Shown here: one piece after another, positions 9,228 to 22,726 of the stretch
How the letters are laid out: each line of letters begins with the position of its first letter
Position numbering within the stretch: position 1 is the first letter of the stretch
From: a virus
Taxonomy: Duplodnaviria > Heunggongvirae > Uroviricota > Caudoviricetes
DNA length: 64,000 nt
Strand: one strand, 5' to 3'
Virus record (IMG/VR): IMGVR_UViG_2778261631_000002
Notes under the pieces: generated by a model
What the model was told of the DNA's origin: nothing
The model's input: only the letters and a program-made list of their open reading frames with translations
The model's database searches: none
Position numbers and translations under genes: made by a program

Positions 9228-10008
9228 TTTCCACCTCTTCCGTGGTGTTTTCTTGCAGTTCTGTTAATGCAGCACGACACAGGTTCCGGGCCTTGGCTAT
9301 AGCCACACTTTTGACTTCATCTGTCATCGTGCAGGTAATGTACTGATCGAGTTCTTCAGCGCGGATGATGCTTTTGCCAATCAGAAACTGTATTTGCCAG
9401 AGCAGATCGGCATCCATAATCAGAATTTCTGCCGGGCCTTCAGGGCCAGCCGGGAAGGAAACATAAGACTGTTTGCCAAGGCCGATAACTCGACAACTTG
9501 CTTCAAGAATTGCGCGCTTGAGGTCTGACTTTGTAACTGAAACAGGTTGATTTTCACCTGCGATTACGCCGTTGACATGGATGTGGAAGGGCATGTAGCT
9601 TGAAATTCGCTCTACTTTCCATACGCCAGCAAGCGATCCTTCATGCAGCACAATGGGGGTAACAGCGAGTTTCATCTCACCATATAACTGCTGGCAGATA
9701 GCTGGATTGCTGAATACATCCAAAGGTTCACACTCAAACAGCGGTGCAATCTGCATGAGGTCCATCATGGTCATACCTGGGGTACGAGCGGTAATGAATC
9801 TGCGCATGCCAGTATCCATTGTTCGCCAGATAGCTACACCATGCTTTTTGCTCACTTCTTCAGTAAAGCCAAGCTGGCACATGATGGTTTTTTCGATAGC
9901 CAGATCAGAGATAGAAACCTTTTCGCCAGGTACACCATCATTATTGATGGTCACTTCGACACTCTGGCCATTACGCAGGCGGTATTGAATTGCTTTAGTA
10001 TTTTCCAC
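9220..10008 (-). CDS. hypothetical protein (early operon with ssb)
   Basis: 262-aa ORF, start overlaps the upstream stop, same strand as ssb. Confidence 0.55.
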   Translation of the reverse strand: MENTKAIQYRLRNGQSVEVTINNDGVPGEKVSISDLAIEKTIMCQLGFTEEVSKKHGVAIWRTMDTGMRRFITARTPGMTMMDLMQIAPLFECEPLDVFSNPAICQQLYGEMKLAVTPIVLHEGSLAGVWKVERISSYMPFHIHVNGVIAGENQPVSVTKSDLKRAILEASCRVIGLGKQSYVSFPAGPEGPAEILIMDADLLWQIQFLIGKSIIRAEELDQYITCTMTDEVKSVAIAKARNLCRAALTELQENTTEEVESD

Positions 10009-10014
10009 GTTAAA

Positions 10015-10692
10015 TCACTCCACTACAAACCAGTCACATGCCAGTAAGTCGCATACAGAAGGCACCCACGGAACAACTACACCTTGTGCATTTTTTAAGG
10101 CGAAATAAGCACCATACGGAACGAGGTCGCCGGGGAAATATCCCTTAATGGCTTCCATTCGTGCCGGGTACTGTCCTTCAGGAACCAGCCAGCAGAATTG
10201 GTTTTCGCCGTTCCACCCGCGTCGAGCAACTTTCTTGCCATCCTTCAGCCACATCAGCGCGTCAGAAAAGTCGGCTGCTTCAAGGTCGATTTCTTCTTGT
10301 GTGGTAATGATGCCACTGGCAGCAATAGTTACGTCCCTGGCTGTAATGAATGTCACCCCATTGTGACCTTCAATACTGAGCGATACCCCATTTTCGAAGA
10401 AGTCGTTAGTCCGACTAAAGCCTTCTTCAAATGTTTTTTCTGGTGAATAGGACAGAGATCCGTCCTCATAAGCGACCAGATATCCGCCAATTTCTGGTCG
10501 GTGTTTTTGCAAAAACATTTTATCAACATGGACTTTTACCCCTTCTGGCTCAACGACTTCGATGTTGCAAAAAAGGACCACATCCATTAGGGCGATAATT
10601 TCGATATCTTTGATTTTTGAGGCGCGAACTGTTTTATGGCTTTTGTATTTTGGAAGTGCCGTCAAAAGCTCTTTCGTTGTCATGTTATTCAT
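10015..10692 (-). CDS. hypothetical protein with DUF2829-like C-terminal region
   Basis: Likely start at MNNMTTKELL (the listed ORF extends to 10812); C-terminal DALMWLKDGKKVARRGWNG resembles the phage DUF2829 pattern, from memory. Confidence 0.5.
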   Translation of the reverse strand: MNNMTTKELLTALPKYKSHKTVRASKIKDIEIIALMDVVLFCNIEVVEPEGVKVHVDKMFLQKHRPEIGGYLVAYEDGSLSYSPEKTFEEGFSRTNDFFENGVSLSIEGHNGVTFITARDVTIAASGIITTQEEIDLEAADFSDALMWLKDGKKVARRGWNGENQFCWLVPEGQYPARMEAIKGYFPGDLVPYGAYFALKNAQGVVVPWVPSVCDLLACDWFVVE

Positions 10693-10889
10693 AGTCTTTC
10701 CTCTGCTTAAAACCTGATGTATTGCGCCTTCAGGTGGGTCAGGAATGTTTTCCCACCAGCGAAAGCAATATCTCGGGGTGTTCTTTTCGTGAAAAGCGCG
10801 TGCCATTGCCAACTTTGGCGTTTTTTAGCGAGTTCGTGCTTTTGTTGGCGTTTGGACCACCGCTTTTCTTTCAGTCGTTTTTTACACAT

Positions 10890-11378
10890 TCAAAACGGAA
10901 TATCGTCGTCAAAGTCCATTGGAGGTTCGTTATTGGCGTTGCTCTGAGGTTTACCGCCACCGCTGTATTGCTGGTGGTTTTGAGGTTGGTTTGATTGCCC
11001 CCAGCCATTTGAGGACTGTGAATCGTCACGGCGAGCGCCGATCATTTGCATGGTGCCGCCCTGGCTGACGATAATTTCCGTCGTGTAACGTTCTACACCG
11101 GCGTCATCTGTCCACTTACGGGTTTTAAGTTTCCCTTCGATGTAGACCTGAGAACCTTTTCGTAAATACTCACTCGCAATTTCAGCAAGTTTTCCGAACA
11201 AAACGACTTTATGCCATTCTGTTTGCTCTTTCTGTTGGCCCGTTTGCTTGTCGCGCCATGATTCATTCGTTGCGATGCTGAGTCTTCCGACCGCGCCGCC
11301 ATTTGGTATATACCTGATCTCCGGGTCTTGCCCCAGGGTACCAATCAGGATGACTTTGTTTACACCGCGTTGTGCCAC
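10890..11378 (-). CDS. ssb: single-stranded DNA-binding protein
   Basis: 162-aa protein, N-terminal OB fold nearly colinear with E. coli SSB, Gly/Gln-rich linker and acidic C-terminal tail DFDDDIPF. Confidence 0.95.
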   Translation of the reverse strand: MAQRGVNKVILIGTLGQDPEIRYIPNGGAVGRLSIATNESWRDKQTGQQKEQTEWHKVVLFGKLAEIASEYLRKGSQVYIEGKLKTRKWTDDAGVERYTTEIIVSQGGTMQMIGARRDDSQSSNGWGQSNQPQNHQQYSGGGKPQSNANNEPPMDFDDDIPF

Positions 11379-11397
11379 TTATCTTACCTAATAAAAT

Positions 11398-11414
11398 AAA
11401 TTAATTAGAGCAAT
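11398..11414. promoter_or_regulatory. C1 operator-like site (1 mismatch to consensus) upstream of ssb
   Basis: AAATTAATTAGAGCAAT versus the reverse complement of ATTGCTCTAATAAATTT. Confidence 0.6.
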
Positions 11415-11546
11415 AATGTATATCTTTGAAACGTAGCTAACAAGTGATTTGCATTATCCTGTGTCTTCTAAAGGGATCGAGTCAGTCGGTATTGGCTGTG
11501 AATGGGTGTTTGTCCTGGAGCGTAAAAATTCGCTTATGAGGTCTTT

Positions 11547-12104
11547 ATGAAGGGAAAAACAGCCGCAGGAGGCGGTGCAATTTGCGCTATCGCGGTGATG
11601 ATTACCATCGTGATGGGTAATGGCAATGTGCGAACCAACCAGGCGGGGCTTGAGCTTATCGGAAACGCTGAAGGTTGCCGACGTGACCCATACATGTGCC
11701 CGGCGGGTGTATGGACTGACGGGATTGGTAATACACACGGGGTAACGCCAGGCGTGCGAAAAACCGACCAGCAAATCGCCGCTGATTGGGAAAAGAATAT
11801 CCTGATCGCTGAACGCTGTATTAATCAGCACTTCCGGGGCAAAGACATGCCCGATAATGCCTTCAGTGCAATGACAAGCGCGGCATTCAATATGGGATGC
11901 AATAGCTTACGGACCTACTACAGCAAAGCGCGAGGCATGCGAGTAGAAACGTCCATCCACAAGTGGGCGCAGAAAGGGGAATGGGTGAATATGTGTAACC
12001 ATCTCCCTGATTTCGTGAACAGTAACGGCGTGCCCCTGCGAGGTTTAAAGATTCGCCGTGAAAAAGAACGCCAGCTTTGCCTGACGGGACTGGTCAATGA
12101 ATAA
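11547..12104 (+). CDS. lyz: SAR (signal-anchor-release) endolysin, lysozyme
   Basis: 185-aa protein with an N-terminal weakly hydrophobic Gly/Ala-rich SAR domain (AAGGGAICAIAVMITIVMG) and a T4-lysozyme-like catalytic region. Confidence 0.93.
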   Translation: MKGKTAAGGGAICAIAVMITIVMGNGNVRTNQAGLELIGNAEGCRRDPYMCPAGVWTDGIGNTHGVTPGVRKTDQQIAADWEKNILIAERCINQHFRGKDMPDNAFSAMTSAAFNMGCNSLRTYYSKARGMRVETSIHKWAQKGEWVNMCNHLPDFVNSNGVPLRGLKIRREKERQLCLTGLVNE

Positions 12105-12351
12105 ACTCCGGCAGCTCCGCCGACTTTCGACAATGAAGTTATCGCTGGCGGCGATAGTTTTTGACTCGATTTTCATGGCGGTATATGTGCTCAATGAGAC
12201 GTGGCCACTGGAACCGCTATTGTATGCCGGGCTTCGGCTGTGCCTGACATTTTTGAGCATGGCTGCAAGATTGATGCAGCAGAAAGAAACCGCTTCAGAT
12301 TGCCCACGTCGCGCGGTGCGCAAATATATGGCACGCAGACGAAGGCGATAA
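12097..12351 (+). CDS. small membrane protein downstream of lyz (lysis accessory, LydD/E-like?)
   Basis: 84-aa ORF overlapping the lyz stop, one TM helix and a basic C-terminus (ARRRRR). Confidence 0.45.
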   Translation: MNKLRQLRRLSTMKLSLAAIVFDSIFMAVYVLNETWPLEPLLYAGLRLCLTFLSMAARLMQQKETASDCPRRAVRKYMARRRRR

Positions 12352-12362
12352 TAGTTAACGAT

Positions 12363-12390
12363 AACCCCGGCAGCCGCCGGGGTTATTTTT
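12363..12390 (+). terminator. rho-independent terminator after the lyz operon
   Basis: AACCCCGG-CAGCCG-CCGGGGTT hairpin followed by ATTTTT. Confidence 0.7.
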
Positions 12391-12395
12391 GATGG

Positions 12396-15126
<2,731 letters not shown>

Positions 15127-15163
15127 TTAATTAGAATAATTCGCATCGTGTTTGAACGGAATT

Positions 15164-15184
15164 TAACACTAGTCACTTGTTAAG
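15164..15184. promoter_or_regulatory. inverted repeat TTAACA-N9-TGTTAA in the prt/darB divergent region (candidate late-promoter element)
   Basis: TTAACACTAGTCACTTGTTAA; contains a TGACTAG core also seen upstream of the baseplate operon at 50219. Confidence 0.3.
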
Positions 15185-15192
15185 GATTACCA

Positions 15193-18100
15193 ATGAACAA
15201 GCTATCTATGGGGGTGTTTCGCTGTTCAAGTGTCAGCGAAATATTGAAATACATTAGGGCAATAACATCTCACCGAGCGCCGATTAAATACGGCGTGGAA
15301 AAGGTGGAAGGCAAAAGCTATGACCGACTGCGCCGGGAGGCGAATCAGAAGGCGATAGATTTGCTTAATTCACTGGTGGACAGCGCGACACTGACAGATG
15401 AACAGCGCCAGATCCTGGCTGGGTACACCGGTGAAGGCGGCATTGGCGGGTCCGTCTCCGAATATTACACACCAAAGCCGATCGCTGAAGGTGTCTGGGA
15501 GATCATGAAGCTCTACGGCGCGGACGTAGGTAACACTCTGGAACCATCGGCGGGCACCGGCGTTTTTAATGAGACAAAACCGGTTGGTACGGTGATGACT
15601 GCGACTGAGATCAGCAGTGTTTCCGGTCGTATAAACCAGTTGTTACACCCGGAAGACAGCGTACAGATTTCCCCGTTCGAACAGCTGGCTATAAGCACAC
15701 CTAACGATTCATTCGACCATGTTGTGGGTAACGTTCCGTTCGGCGGTCGTGATAACACACGCAACATCGATAAGCCTTACGCAGAAGAAACGGACATGGG
15801 TTCTTACTTCATGCTCCGCATGCTGGACAAGATAAAGCCAGGCGGATTCATGTGCGTGATTGTGCCGCCGTCCATTGTTTCAGGTTCAAACATGAAGCGG
15901 TTACGCCTGCGCCTATCACGGAAAGCAGAATTTCTTGGTGCCCACCGCTTGCCTACCGGTACTTTTGACGCAAACGGGACCAGTACGGTCGTAGATGTGG
16001 TGCTGATGCGCAAACATCCGGCAGAGATGGCTGAGAAAATCCCCCTGGTGGATGAAAGCACTCTTGAATCAGCAAATGTGCTTTGGCCAACGTTTATTTC
16101 TGGCAAGTGGTTTGAAAAGGATGGCCGCCGGTTTGTTCATGGCACCCAAGAAAAGGGCTTCCGGGGGCGTATTGAGGTTCGTGCCGACGGTCAGATTGAT
16201 AACCAGGCTCTTAAAGCGAAGCTGATTCATCGTTTCGAAAGCCGTATCGACTGGTCTTTGCTCGATATGGCTGAACCGTCACCGACCGCAGACGTTGTTG
16301 GTGAAGGGGAAATGCGCCTGATTAATGGCGTATGGCAAAAATATGCTGGTGGTCGCTGGATTGAAGCTGATGCCGGGAAGGAACTTAAGATCGATGCTGC
16401 CAGTTATGGCGCGGATAGCTGGGAGGCTCTTCAGCGTAACCTGACTACAACAGAAGGCCGTCTCGGTATGACATTTACCCAGATGGCAAATGTCCGCGAT
16501 AAGTACACCACATCAATCAGCGACGATATGGTGCAGCTGGTGGACTGGATTAACAGCCAGCCTGAAAAATACCGTGAACGCTTGTATCGCGGGGCGATGA
16601 TTGGCCGGATGTTAATTGAATATCAGGATATGAAGGCCGCCGGGCATAGTGCTGAACAAATCGAACAGCAGCGCCTTTCTCTGGTATCCCGTTTGCAGGC
16701 AGAGATTGACCGTTTTGGTAACCCCGGTCGCGGTCCGATAGCGAAATTATCGGGGAGCGGTGCGCGCGCCTGGTTTGCTTTCCGTGGTGCAATTAAGCTG
16801 GATGGCACTATTTCTGACGAGCTGACAGGAAAACTGGTTACGCATGATTCCAGCGCCAGTTATGACTCCACCAGCTATCAGGACACCCTGCGTTATCTCT
16901 ACAGTGATCTCACTCGCGATCCAATCCAGCTCGATGATTTCCGCCTTGCGTTTACCGGCGAACTGCCAGCCAGTGATGATGAGTTGCTTAATTTATTGGC
17001 CAGCACCCCTGGTATTGCGGTTTCGCCGTATGGCGGGATTGTTCCGTTCGCCCGCGCCACCAGCGGCGACATTAACGAGATAGTAGCTCCAAAACAGGAA
17101 TTTCTCGCCACGCTCCCCGATGGTCCAGTAAAGAACAACGTCCTTAATCAGCTGGCAGCGATCGAAGAGAAGCGCATCAAGACGCCAGCAGAGAATATCC
17201 GCTTTAAGCTCAATAGCCGTTGGTTCGACCGCTCCGTCATTCTGGAGTTTTTGCAGGAAAACGGCTATCCGGATCTGCGCTATGTGCAGTCAGTGCAGCT
17301 GGAAGGCGACGAAATGGTTTCTGACACCTATCACGGTGGTGATGGTCTGTTCGTCGGGCACCGATACGGTGTCGTCCAGCGCAAGGATAAAGAAACAGGC
17401 GAGATCCGCTATGAGTGGGACCGTAAATCAGGTGAAAACGCGACCGGGTTCCCGGCACAGCTGGAAAAGTATCTCAATGGTGCGCGTATCGGTGGCAAAG
17501 ATAGCGCGACGGCGAACGGCTACCGCGAGCAGATGGCACTGCTTGAGGACCAGTTCAATAAGTGGATCAAGACGCACGATCGCTACGATGAGTTGGTTGC
17601 CAAATACAACGATGTGTTCAATAGCAATATCCCGTATGAACACTCTGGCGATCCGCTTGGGTTGAAGGGATTAAGCGGTAAGCGCCAGCCATTTGATTAC
17701 CAGAATAGCGAGGTGCGCCGACTGTCCGAAGATGGGCGCGGCATCCTGGGCTTCGGCACCGGGCTGGGTAAAACGACGACCGCGCTGGCGCTTGAGGCGT
17801 TCAACTATGAGAACGGTCGCTCCACCCGTACTGCTTATGTAGTGCCTAAAGCAGTGCTGGAAAACTGGTATTACGAAGCAAAAGAGTTCCTGAGTGAAGA
17901 GGCATTCAGTAACTACCTGTTCGTCGGTCTTGATGTGCTGATGGATGGCGATCAGATTCGCCAGGTGCCGGTGCTCGATGAGAACGGTAAACCTGTTCTT
18001 GGTACTGATGGCACTCCAGTTATGCGCGATGCTCTTAAGCTGGCAGATGAAGCCACTATCACGGCGCGGATGAACGCGATCCCGCACTCAAATTACCGTG

Positions 18101-21100
18101 CAGTCGTGTTTACCAAAGAACAATACGCCCGCATTCCGCTACGTGATGACACCGTAGATGAGCATGCACAGGATATGCTTTATGACTTCGTTGCCGCCGG
18201 GCGCGTAGCCAGCGCAATGGATTCCGATTCCCATCGCAAAGAGGCCGCGCGTCGCCGGGTATTGTCGGAGTATTCAGATACCGGCACCGAAAAAGCAGAG
18301 AAGTATCCGTACTTTGAGGATATGGGCTTCGATAGTGTGATCGCTGACGAAGGTCACAACTACCGCAATAGCTATAAAAATGGTCGCGAAGCGTCACAAC
18401 TGGCCTATCTGCCCACCAGCGCGGTGGCGCAATCGGCGCGAGATATGGCAATTAAAAACGCGTACCTGATGAAAAAGAATGGCGGGCGCGGGCCGGTTCT
18501 CCTGACTGCAACGCCAGTCGTTAACACCCCGATCGATGCATACAACATGCTTTCTCATGTTCTGCCGAAGGAATACTGGCAGAAGATGGGGATCTACGGT
18601 CCTGATGACTTCGTTAAATTCTTCGGCAAGACCAGGCTGGAAACGGTACAGAAAATCAGCGGTGAAGTTGAAGAAAAAATGGCGCTGGTGGGCTTTGAAA
18701 ACCTTGATGCGCTGCGCGGTATATTCCATCGCTGGGTAACGCTTAAAACGGCGGAAGACGTTAAGGATACCGTGGAGATCCCGGAGCTGGACGAACACCA
18801 GCAGGATGCACCACTTACTGAAGAACAACTGGCGGCGTATGAAGAATTGCGTCAGCAGGCGGAAGCGGCAGCAAAAGCCAACAATGGCGTAACGACCTCG
18901 GTCAATGAAGACGGCGTGATTGAGCACGAGAAAGCCCGTCCGATCTTCTCAATAATCAGGGATATGGACCGCGTATGTACTGACATGGACCTGTACTATC
19001 GCCGGATCACCTATCGTTTCCTGCCGGAGTACGCCGATGCGGTGCAGCAGCTGGCGGACAGTTTGCCTAAACAAGCCACCAGCGAAGACGACGACAGTGA
19101 TGATTCAATCACGCAGCAATCGCAATACTCCCTGATAGATAAGGGCGAGTTTATTCAGTTGCAGGTTCCGGAGGCGTTCGAGCAGGAAGTGAATAAGCGC
19201 CTGGCCAGGTTTGGCATTGACGAACAGACCGTAACTCACCCCGTTACACCCAAATACGCGAAGCTGATCGCCACGCTGAAGGAGTTTTTCCCGGAAGGTA
19301 AGCAAATCATCTTCACGGACGAAAAAACGCAGCACCAGAAGCTCAAGCGCATTATCTGCAATGCTCTTAACCTTGAACCTTCAAAGGTGGGGATCCTGAA
19401 TGCTCAGACGGTTGCCGAGGCAGGTAAAACCGGTAAGAAACTGAAAGCGGTTAAACCGCCGAAAGAGTTACCGGATGAACCAACAGATGCACAGATAGCG
19501 AAATACAACGAGCAAATGGCTCTGTATGACGCCTATATCGCGCAGCAAAATGAAATGTCGTTGGGCGGTCTGGAAAAGATTGCAGCAGACTTCCAGGAGG
19601 GCCGGACTCCGATCATCATCTGCAACAAAAAGGCAGAGGTGGGTATCAACCTGCATCGAGGAACGACTGACATCCATCATCTGACGTTGCCATGGACTCC
19701 AGCCAGTATCGCACAACGTAACGGTCGCGGTGCCCGAGTTGGCTCCAACCGTGCAAGCGTTCGCGTTCACTACTACTGCGGCAAGGGTTCTTTCGATGAA
19801 TACCGACTGAAGACGCTGAAGCGTAAAGCAGGCTGGATATCCGATATCCTCCGTTCAGATAAGTCAGAAATGGAGAACGCCGACGCCAACGATATGATCG
19901 AAATGCAGATGTATACCGCTAAGGATGATGGCGAACGTCTGGCAATGATGCAGGTTCAAATGGATAAGGCGAAAGCCGCGCAACGCGCTCGCCAGAAAGA
20001 ACAGGCTACTATCGACCTTCAGAACTACATCAAGGCGCAGCACGCAGCTGGCGAGGATGTGGAGGTACTTACCGCTGAATTAGAGCGAAACAAAGCGGAA
20101 CTTGAAAAGACCACCGCCGAGGTAGCTAAATTCAAACAGGCGGTAATGGCCAAAGCAGCTGATAACGCAGACTGGAAAGCCCGCTGGGGTAGCGTCCATC
20201 ACACAGACCGTACGTTGTTAGCACAGTATCGCGCGTCGTTGAAAAGCGCCATTCAGCGCAAGGCTAATATCTCTCAAGCCATCTCCCGCTATGAGAAATT
20301 ATTAAACCGTACTCAGAAGGCCGCGACGGATATCAAACGCCTGCGCCCGCTGGTGGAGGATGCAATAAATAAAGGCATTCTGGATGTTGATCCTGATCTG
20401 GTTAACCATGCGAATGAGTTCCTTGTTATCGGCGATCGCTCATGGCGTGTAGGCCAATACTACGATTGTGCCGGTGATATCGTTCGCATTAAGTCGCTGG
20501 ACTTCGACAGCCAGCGCGCAGACGTGGAGATCATCTTTACCTTCAAAGGCACCAAATCGGGTAACTGGGATGTGAAGACGCTGGATAAACAGGTGGATGT
20601 CACTCCCGATGAAGATGCTGTTATGCAGAAAATCAGTGGTGGCGTCCCCATCGCCGGGATTAACGACATCATTTCCTGTGACGATTTCTACCGTTTCCAG
20701 CAGCGCGGCATGATCAAAATCACTGACTCATACGGCGTTCAGACTACAGAGTCAGGCTATAGCATTGATTTTGTTGGTACCTATACGGACCCACTGAAGC
20801 ATGCGGTTTACCCGGATCGCCGTGACGGCGCGCTGAAGTCGTCAATTGCAAAATGGGTGCTTGGTATGATGTCGGAAGGGAATAACCGCCAGGTCCGTTT
20901 GGCAGAAGTATTCCTGACTGAACTGTTTGGCTCCAATTATGGCGATGTAATCGCGTCATACGGAGATACGCTATCCCCTGAAGCAATTCAGGAGAAAATA
21001 GTGGATGCGATCGCAAAAATGCCGGAGAAAACAAGCCAGGGGGCTACTCGTAACGGGGATTCTGAACTTGAGGTCACCAATGCCATTTTCGGTACCCATG

Positions 21101-21960
21101 AGTTCCGGGCGTCAGATTATGAGATCACCACAGCACAGTTTGGCACTATTGGCATTTACAGCAATAAAGCCGAGATCAAGCAGGCAATGGACGCAGCAAG
21201 CGCGCGCATCGCAGCAGAACGGGAAGCCAATCTGAATCATGCAGTCGCCGCGCTGACTCAATCGTGGGTAACAGCAATCAGGGAGGCCGCCACCACAGGG
21301 AAAATCACACCTGCAATTGCGGATGTAGTAAACGACGGCTCTAAATTTATGGATGCCTATCAAATGGATGCGGTGAAGTTGCCATCAGCCTATGGTCAAC
21401 TCAGCTATCGCATGACCTACAACCTGGTATCAATGTTTTCCGACCTTGCCATCCTTGGGCTGGTGGATCTTAACGAGGTTACGCCGGAATTGCTCAGCAT
21501 GCGCAAGAATCATGTGGAGATATTGCAGAGAATTAACACGGTTCTTGCCGGGCGCACCGATGAAGAGAAACAGGCCGACGCTGATCGGATAAACCTGGCC
21601 CTTGGCAACATCACGGAGGAAGAAATTGCCGCCAGAAACGAGAAACAAGAAGAGTTATCATCAATACAGGGTGATGCCACCAGCATAGCTCAGTCTCTTG
21701 GTCTGAATTATCGCGTATCCACCGCCGACCTGAAGATGATGTACGCACCAAAATTCGCCGCTGGCGAGGTATTTGGGCTTCAGGAAGCCTCAGGCATGAA
21801 AGGCGTTCTTTTCCGTGCGAAAGACGCAATCAAGGCGAAATTCGGCGCTCGCTGGCTGCCAGCGAAGGCGAAGAACAGCGATTTCCCGGGTAACTGGTGG
21901 ATTATCGAGACAAAACACAACGTGGCGGACGTTCTGGCCGTCATCCAACAATACGCATAA
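15193..21960 (+). CDS. darB: DarB: fused DNA methyltransferase / DExH helicase anti-restriction protein
   Basis: 2255-aa ORF; N-terminal MTase-like motifs (HVVGNVPFGG), helicase Walker A GFGTGLGKTTTALAL and DEGHN motif II. Confidence 0.92.
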   Translation: MNKLSMGVFRCSSVSEILKYIRAITSHRAPIKYGVEKVEGKSYDRLRREANQKAIDLLNSLVDSATLTDEQRQILAGYTGEGGIGGSVSEYYTPKPIAEGVWEIMKLYGADVGNTLEPSAGTGVFNETKPVGTVMTATEISSVSGRINQLLHPEDSVQISPFEQLAISTPNDSFDHVVGNVPFGGRDNTRNIDKPYAEETDMGSYFMLRMLDKIKPGGFMCVIVPPSIVSGSNMKRLRLRLSRKAEFLGAHRLPTGTFDANGTSTVVDVVLMRKHPAEMAEKIPLVDESTLESANVLWPTFISGKWFEKDGRRFVHGTQEKGFRGRIEVRADGQIDNQALKAKLIHRFESRIDWSLLDMAEPSPTADVVGEGEMRLINGVWQKYAGGRWIEADAGKELKIDAASYGADSWEALQRNLTTTEGRLGMTFTQMANVRDKYTTSISDDMVQLVDWINSQPEKYRERLYRGAMIGRMLIEYQDMKAAGHSAEQIEQQRLSLVSRLQAEIDRFGNPGRGPIAKLSGSGARAWFAFRGAIKLDGTISDELTGKLVTHDSSASYDSTSYQDTLRYLYSDLTRDPIQLDDFRLAFTGELPASDDELLNLLASTPGIAVSPYGGIVPFARATSGDINEIVAPKQEFLATLPDGPVKNNVLNQLAAIEEKRIKTPAENIRFKLNSRWFDRSVILEFLQENGYPDLRYVQSVQLEGDEMVSDTYHGGDGLFVGHRYGVVQRKDKETGEIRYEWDRKSGENATGFPAQLEKYLNGARIGGKDSATANGYREQMALLEDQFNKWIKTHDRYDELVAKYNDVFNSNIPYEHSGDPLGLKGLSGKRQPFDYQNSEVRRLSEDGRGILGFGTGLGKTTTALALEAFNYENGRSTRTAYVVPKAVLENWYYEAKEFLSEEAFSNYLFVGLDVLMDGDQIRQVPVLDENGKPVLGTDGTPVMRDALKLADEATITARMNAIPHSNYRAVVFTKEQYARIPLRDDTVDEHAQDMLYDFVAAGRVASAMDSDSHRKEAARRRVLSEYSDTGTEKAEKYPYFEDMGFDSVIADEGHNYRNSYKNGREASQLAYLPTSAVAQSARDMAIKNAYLMKKNGGRGPVLLTATPVVNTPIDAYNMLSHVLPKEYWQKMGIYGPDDFVKFFGKTRLETVQKISGEVEEKMALVGFENLDALRGIFHRWVTLKTAEDVKDTVEIPELDEHQQDAPLTEEQLAAYEELRQQAEAAAKANNGVTTSVNEDGVIEHEKARPIFSIIRDMDRVCTDMDLYYRRITYRFLPEYADAVQQLADSLPKQATSEDDDSDDSITQQSQYSLIDKGEFIQLQVPEAFEQEVNKRLARFGIDEQTVTHPVTPKYAKLIATLKEFFPEGKQIIFTDEKTQHQKLKRIICNALNLEPSKVGILNAQTVAEAGKTGKKLKAVKPPKELPDEPTDAQIAKYNEQMALYDAYIAQQNEMSLGGLEKIAADFQEGRTPIIICNKKAEVGINLHRGTTDIHHLTLPWTPASIAQRNGRGARVGSNRASVRVHYYCGKGSFDEYRLKTLKRKAGWISDILRSDKSEMENADANDMIEMQMYTAKDDGERLAMMQVQMDKAKAAQRARQKEQATIDLQNYIKAQHAAGEDVEVLTAELERNKAELEKTTAEVAKFKQAVMAKAADNADWKARWGSVHHTDRTLLAQYRASLKSAIQRKANISQAISRYEKLLNRTQKAATDIKRLRPLVEDAINKGILDVDPDLVNHANEFLVIGDRSWRVGQYYDCAGDIVRIKSLDFDSQRADVEIIFTFKGTKSGNWDVKTLDKQVDVTPDEDAVMQKISGGVPIAGINDIISCDDFYRFQQRGMIKITDSYGVQTTESGYSIDFVGTYTDPLKHAVYPDRRDGALKSSIAKWVLGMMSEGNNRQVRLAEVFLTELFGSNYGDVIASYGDTLSPEAIQEKIVDAIAKMPEKTSQGATRNGDSELEVTNAIFGTHEFRASDYEITTAQFGTIGIYSNKAEIKQAMDAASARIAAEREANLNHAVAALTQSWVTAIREAATTGKITPAIADVVNDGSKFMDAYQMDAVKLPSAYGQLSYRMTYNLVSMFSDLAILGLVDLNEVTPELLSMRKNHVEILQRINTVLAGRTDEEKQADADRINLALGNITEEEIAARNEKQEELSSIQGDATSIAQSLGLNYRVSTADLKMMYAPKFAAGEVFGLQEASGMKGVLFRAKDAIKAKFGARWLPAKAKNSDFPGNWWIIETKHNVADVLAVIQQYA

Positions 21961-21993
21961 CAGGAGCGCCCGGTTCGCCGGGCGTCGCATAAT

Positions 21994-22434
21994 ATGGCCA
22001 CACTATCTGATACAATAAAACCGAATAAAACATATCTTGAGGCGGTACTGCGTACGGCGTTGTTAGGAAAGACAGAAGACAAATACGTTGATTTCTTCCT
22101 GTCAGGGCTACGCGGGCGATTACTGAAAAATCCCCGCCTGTACCGCAGCTATGGCCCATACTGGCCGGAAATTAAAAAATTATTACTGGAGCGCGGTTAT
22201 GGTAATTTCGGTCGTCTCGTTGACCGTGACGTTCGCAAAATTTACCGTTATGACCGCCCGGCGCTGACGCTCATAGCTGCGACGCTCTACAGCCAGGAGC
22301 GTTTTGATAATGGTCAGATATACTCAGCCTGGCATTTACTGCCAGTGCCTGAAGAAGTTGACGACCAGGACTATGAGTTTGAGTCTTACGATTTGGAAGT
22401 TGAAGCCTTGGCACAGGCTGGAGAGAAAACTTGA
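21994..22434 (+). CDS. hypothetical protein downstream of darB (possibly ulx)
   Basis: 146-aa ORF, same strand and operon as darB. Confidence 0.5.
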   Translation: MATLSDTIKPNKTYLEAVLRTALLGKTEDKYVDFFLSGLRGRLLKNPRLYRSYGPYWPEIKKLLLERGYGNFGRLVDRDVRKIYRYDRPALTLIAATLYSQERFDNGQIYSAWHLLPVPEEVDDQDYEFESYDLEVEALAQAGEKT

Positions 22435-22679
22435 AAAAGCGATACTACACAGTAAAGCATGGGACGCTACGAGCATTACAAGAGTTTGCTGACAAGCATA
22501 ATGTGGAGGTGCGCAGGGAAGGGGGAAGTAAAGCTCTGCGCATGTACCGTCCGGACGGGAAATGGCGGACGGTCGTCGATTTCAAAACAAACAGTGTTCC
22601 CCAGGGCGTCCGTGACCGGGCATTCGAGGAATGGGAGCAGATCATCATAGATAACGCATTGCTCCTGAATGCTGATTGA
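22431..22679 (+). CDS. small protein, possibly Lxc (lowers expression of c1)
   Basis: 82-aa ORF overlapping the previous stop; assignment by remembered position only. Confidence 0.45.
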   Translation: MKKRYYTVKHGTLRALQEFADKHNVEVRREGGSKALRMYRPDGKWRTVVDFKTNSVPQGVRDRAFEEWEQIIIDNALLLNAD

Positions 22680-22726
22680 TATATCTGAGTATATCGAATA
22701 ATCTCGGCTACTGTTCCATCCGATAC

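Noticed and set aside
10707-10889. 60-aa basic ORF between ssb and the downstream gene
   Set aside because: Overlaps the probable N-terminal extension artefact of 10015..10812; low-complexity Lys/Arg-rich translation.
15500-21850. Numerous 60-180 aa ORFs on the minus strand inside darB (e.g. 18394..18927, 17671..18087)
   Set aside because: Fully embedded antisense to a 2255-aa gene with strong motif support; shadow ORFs.
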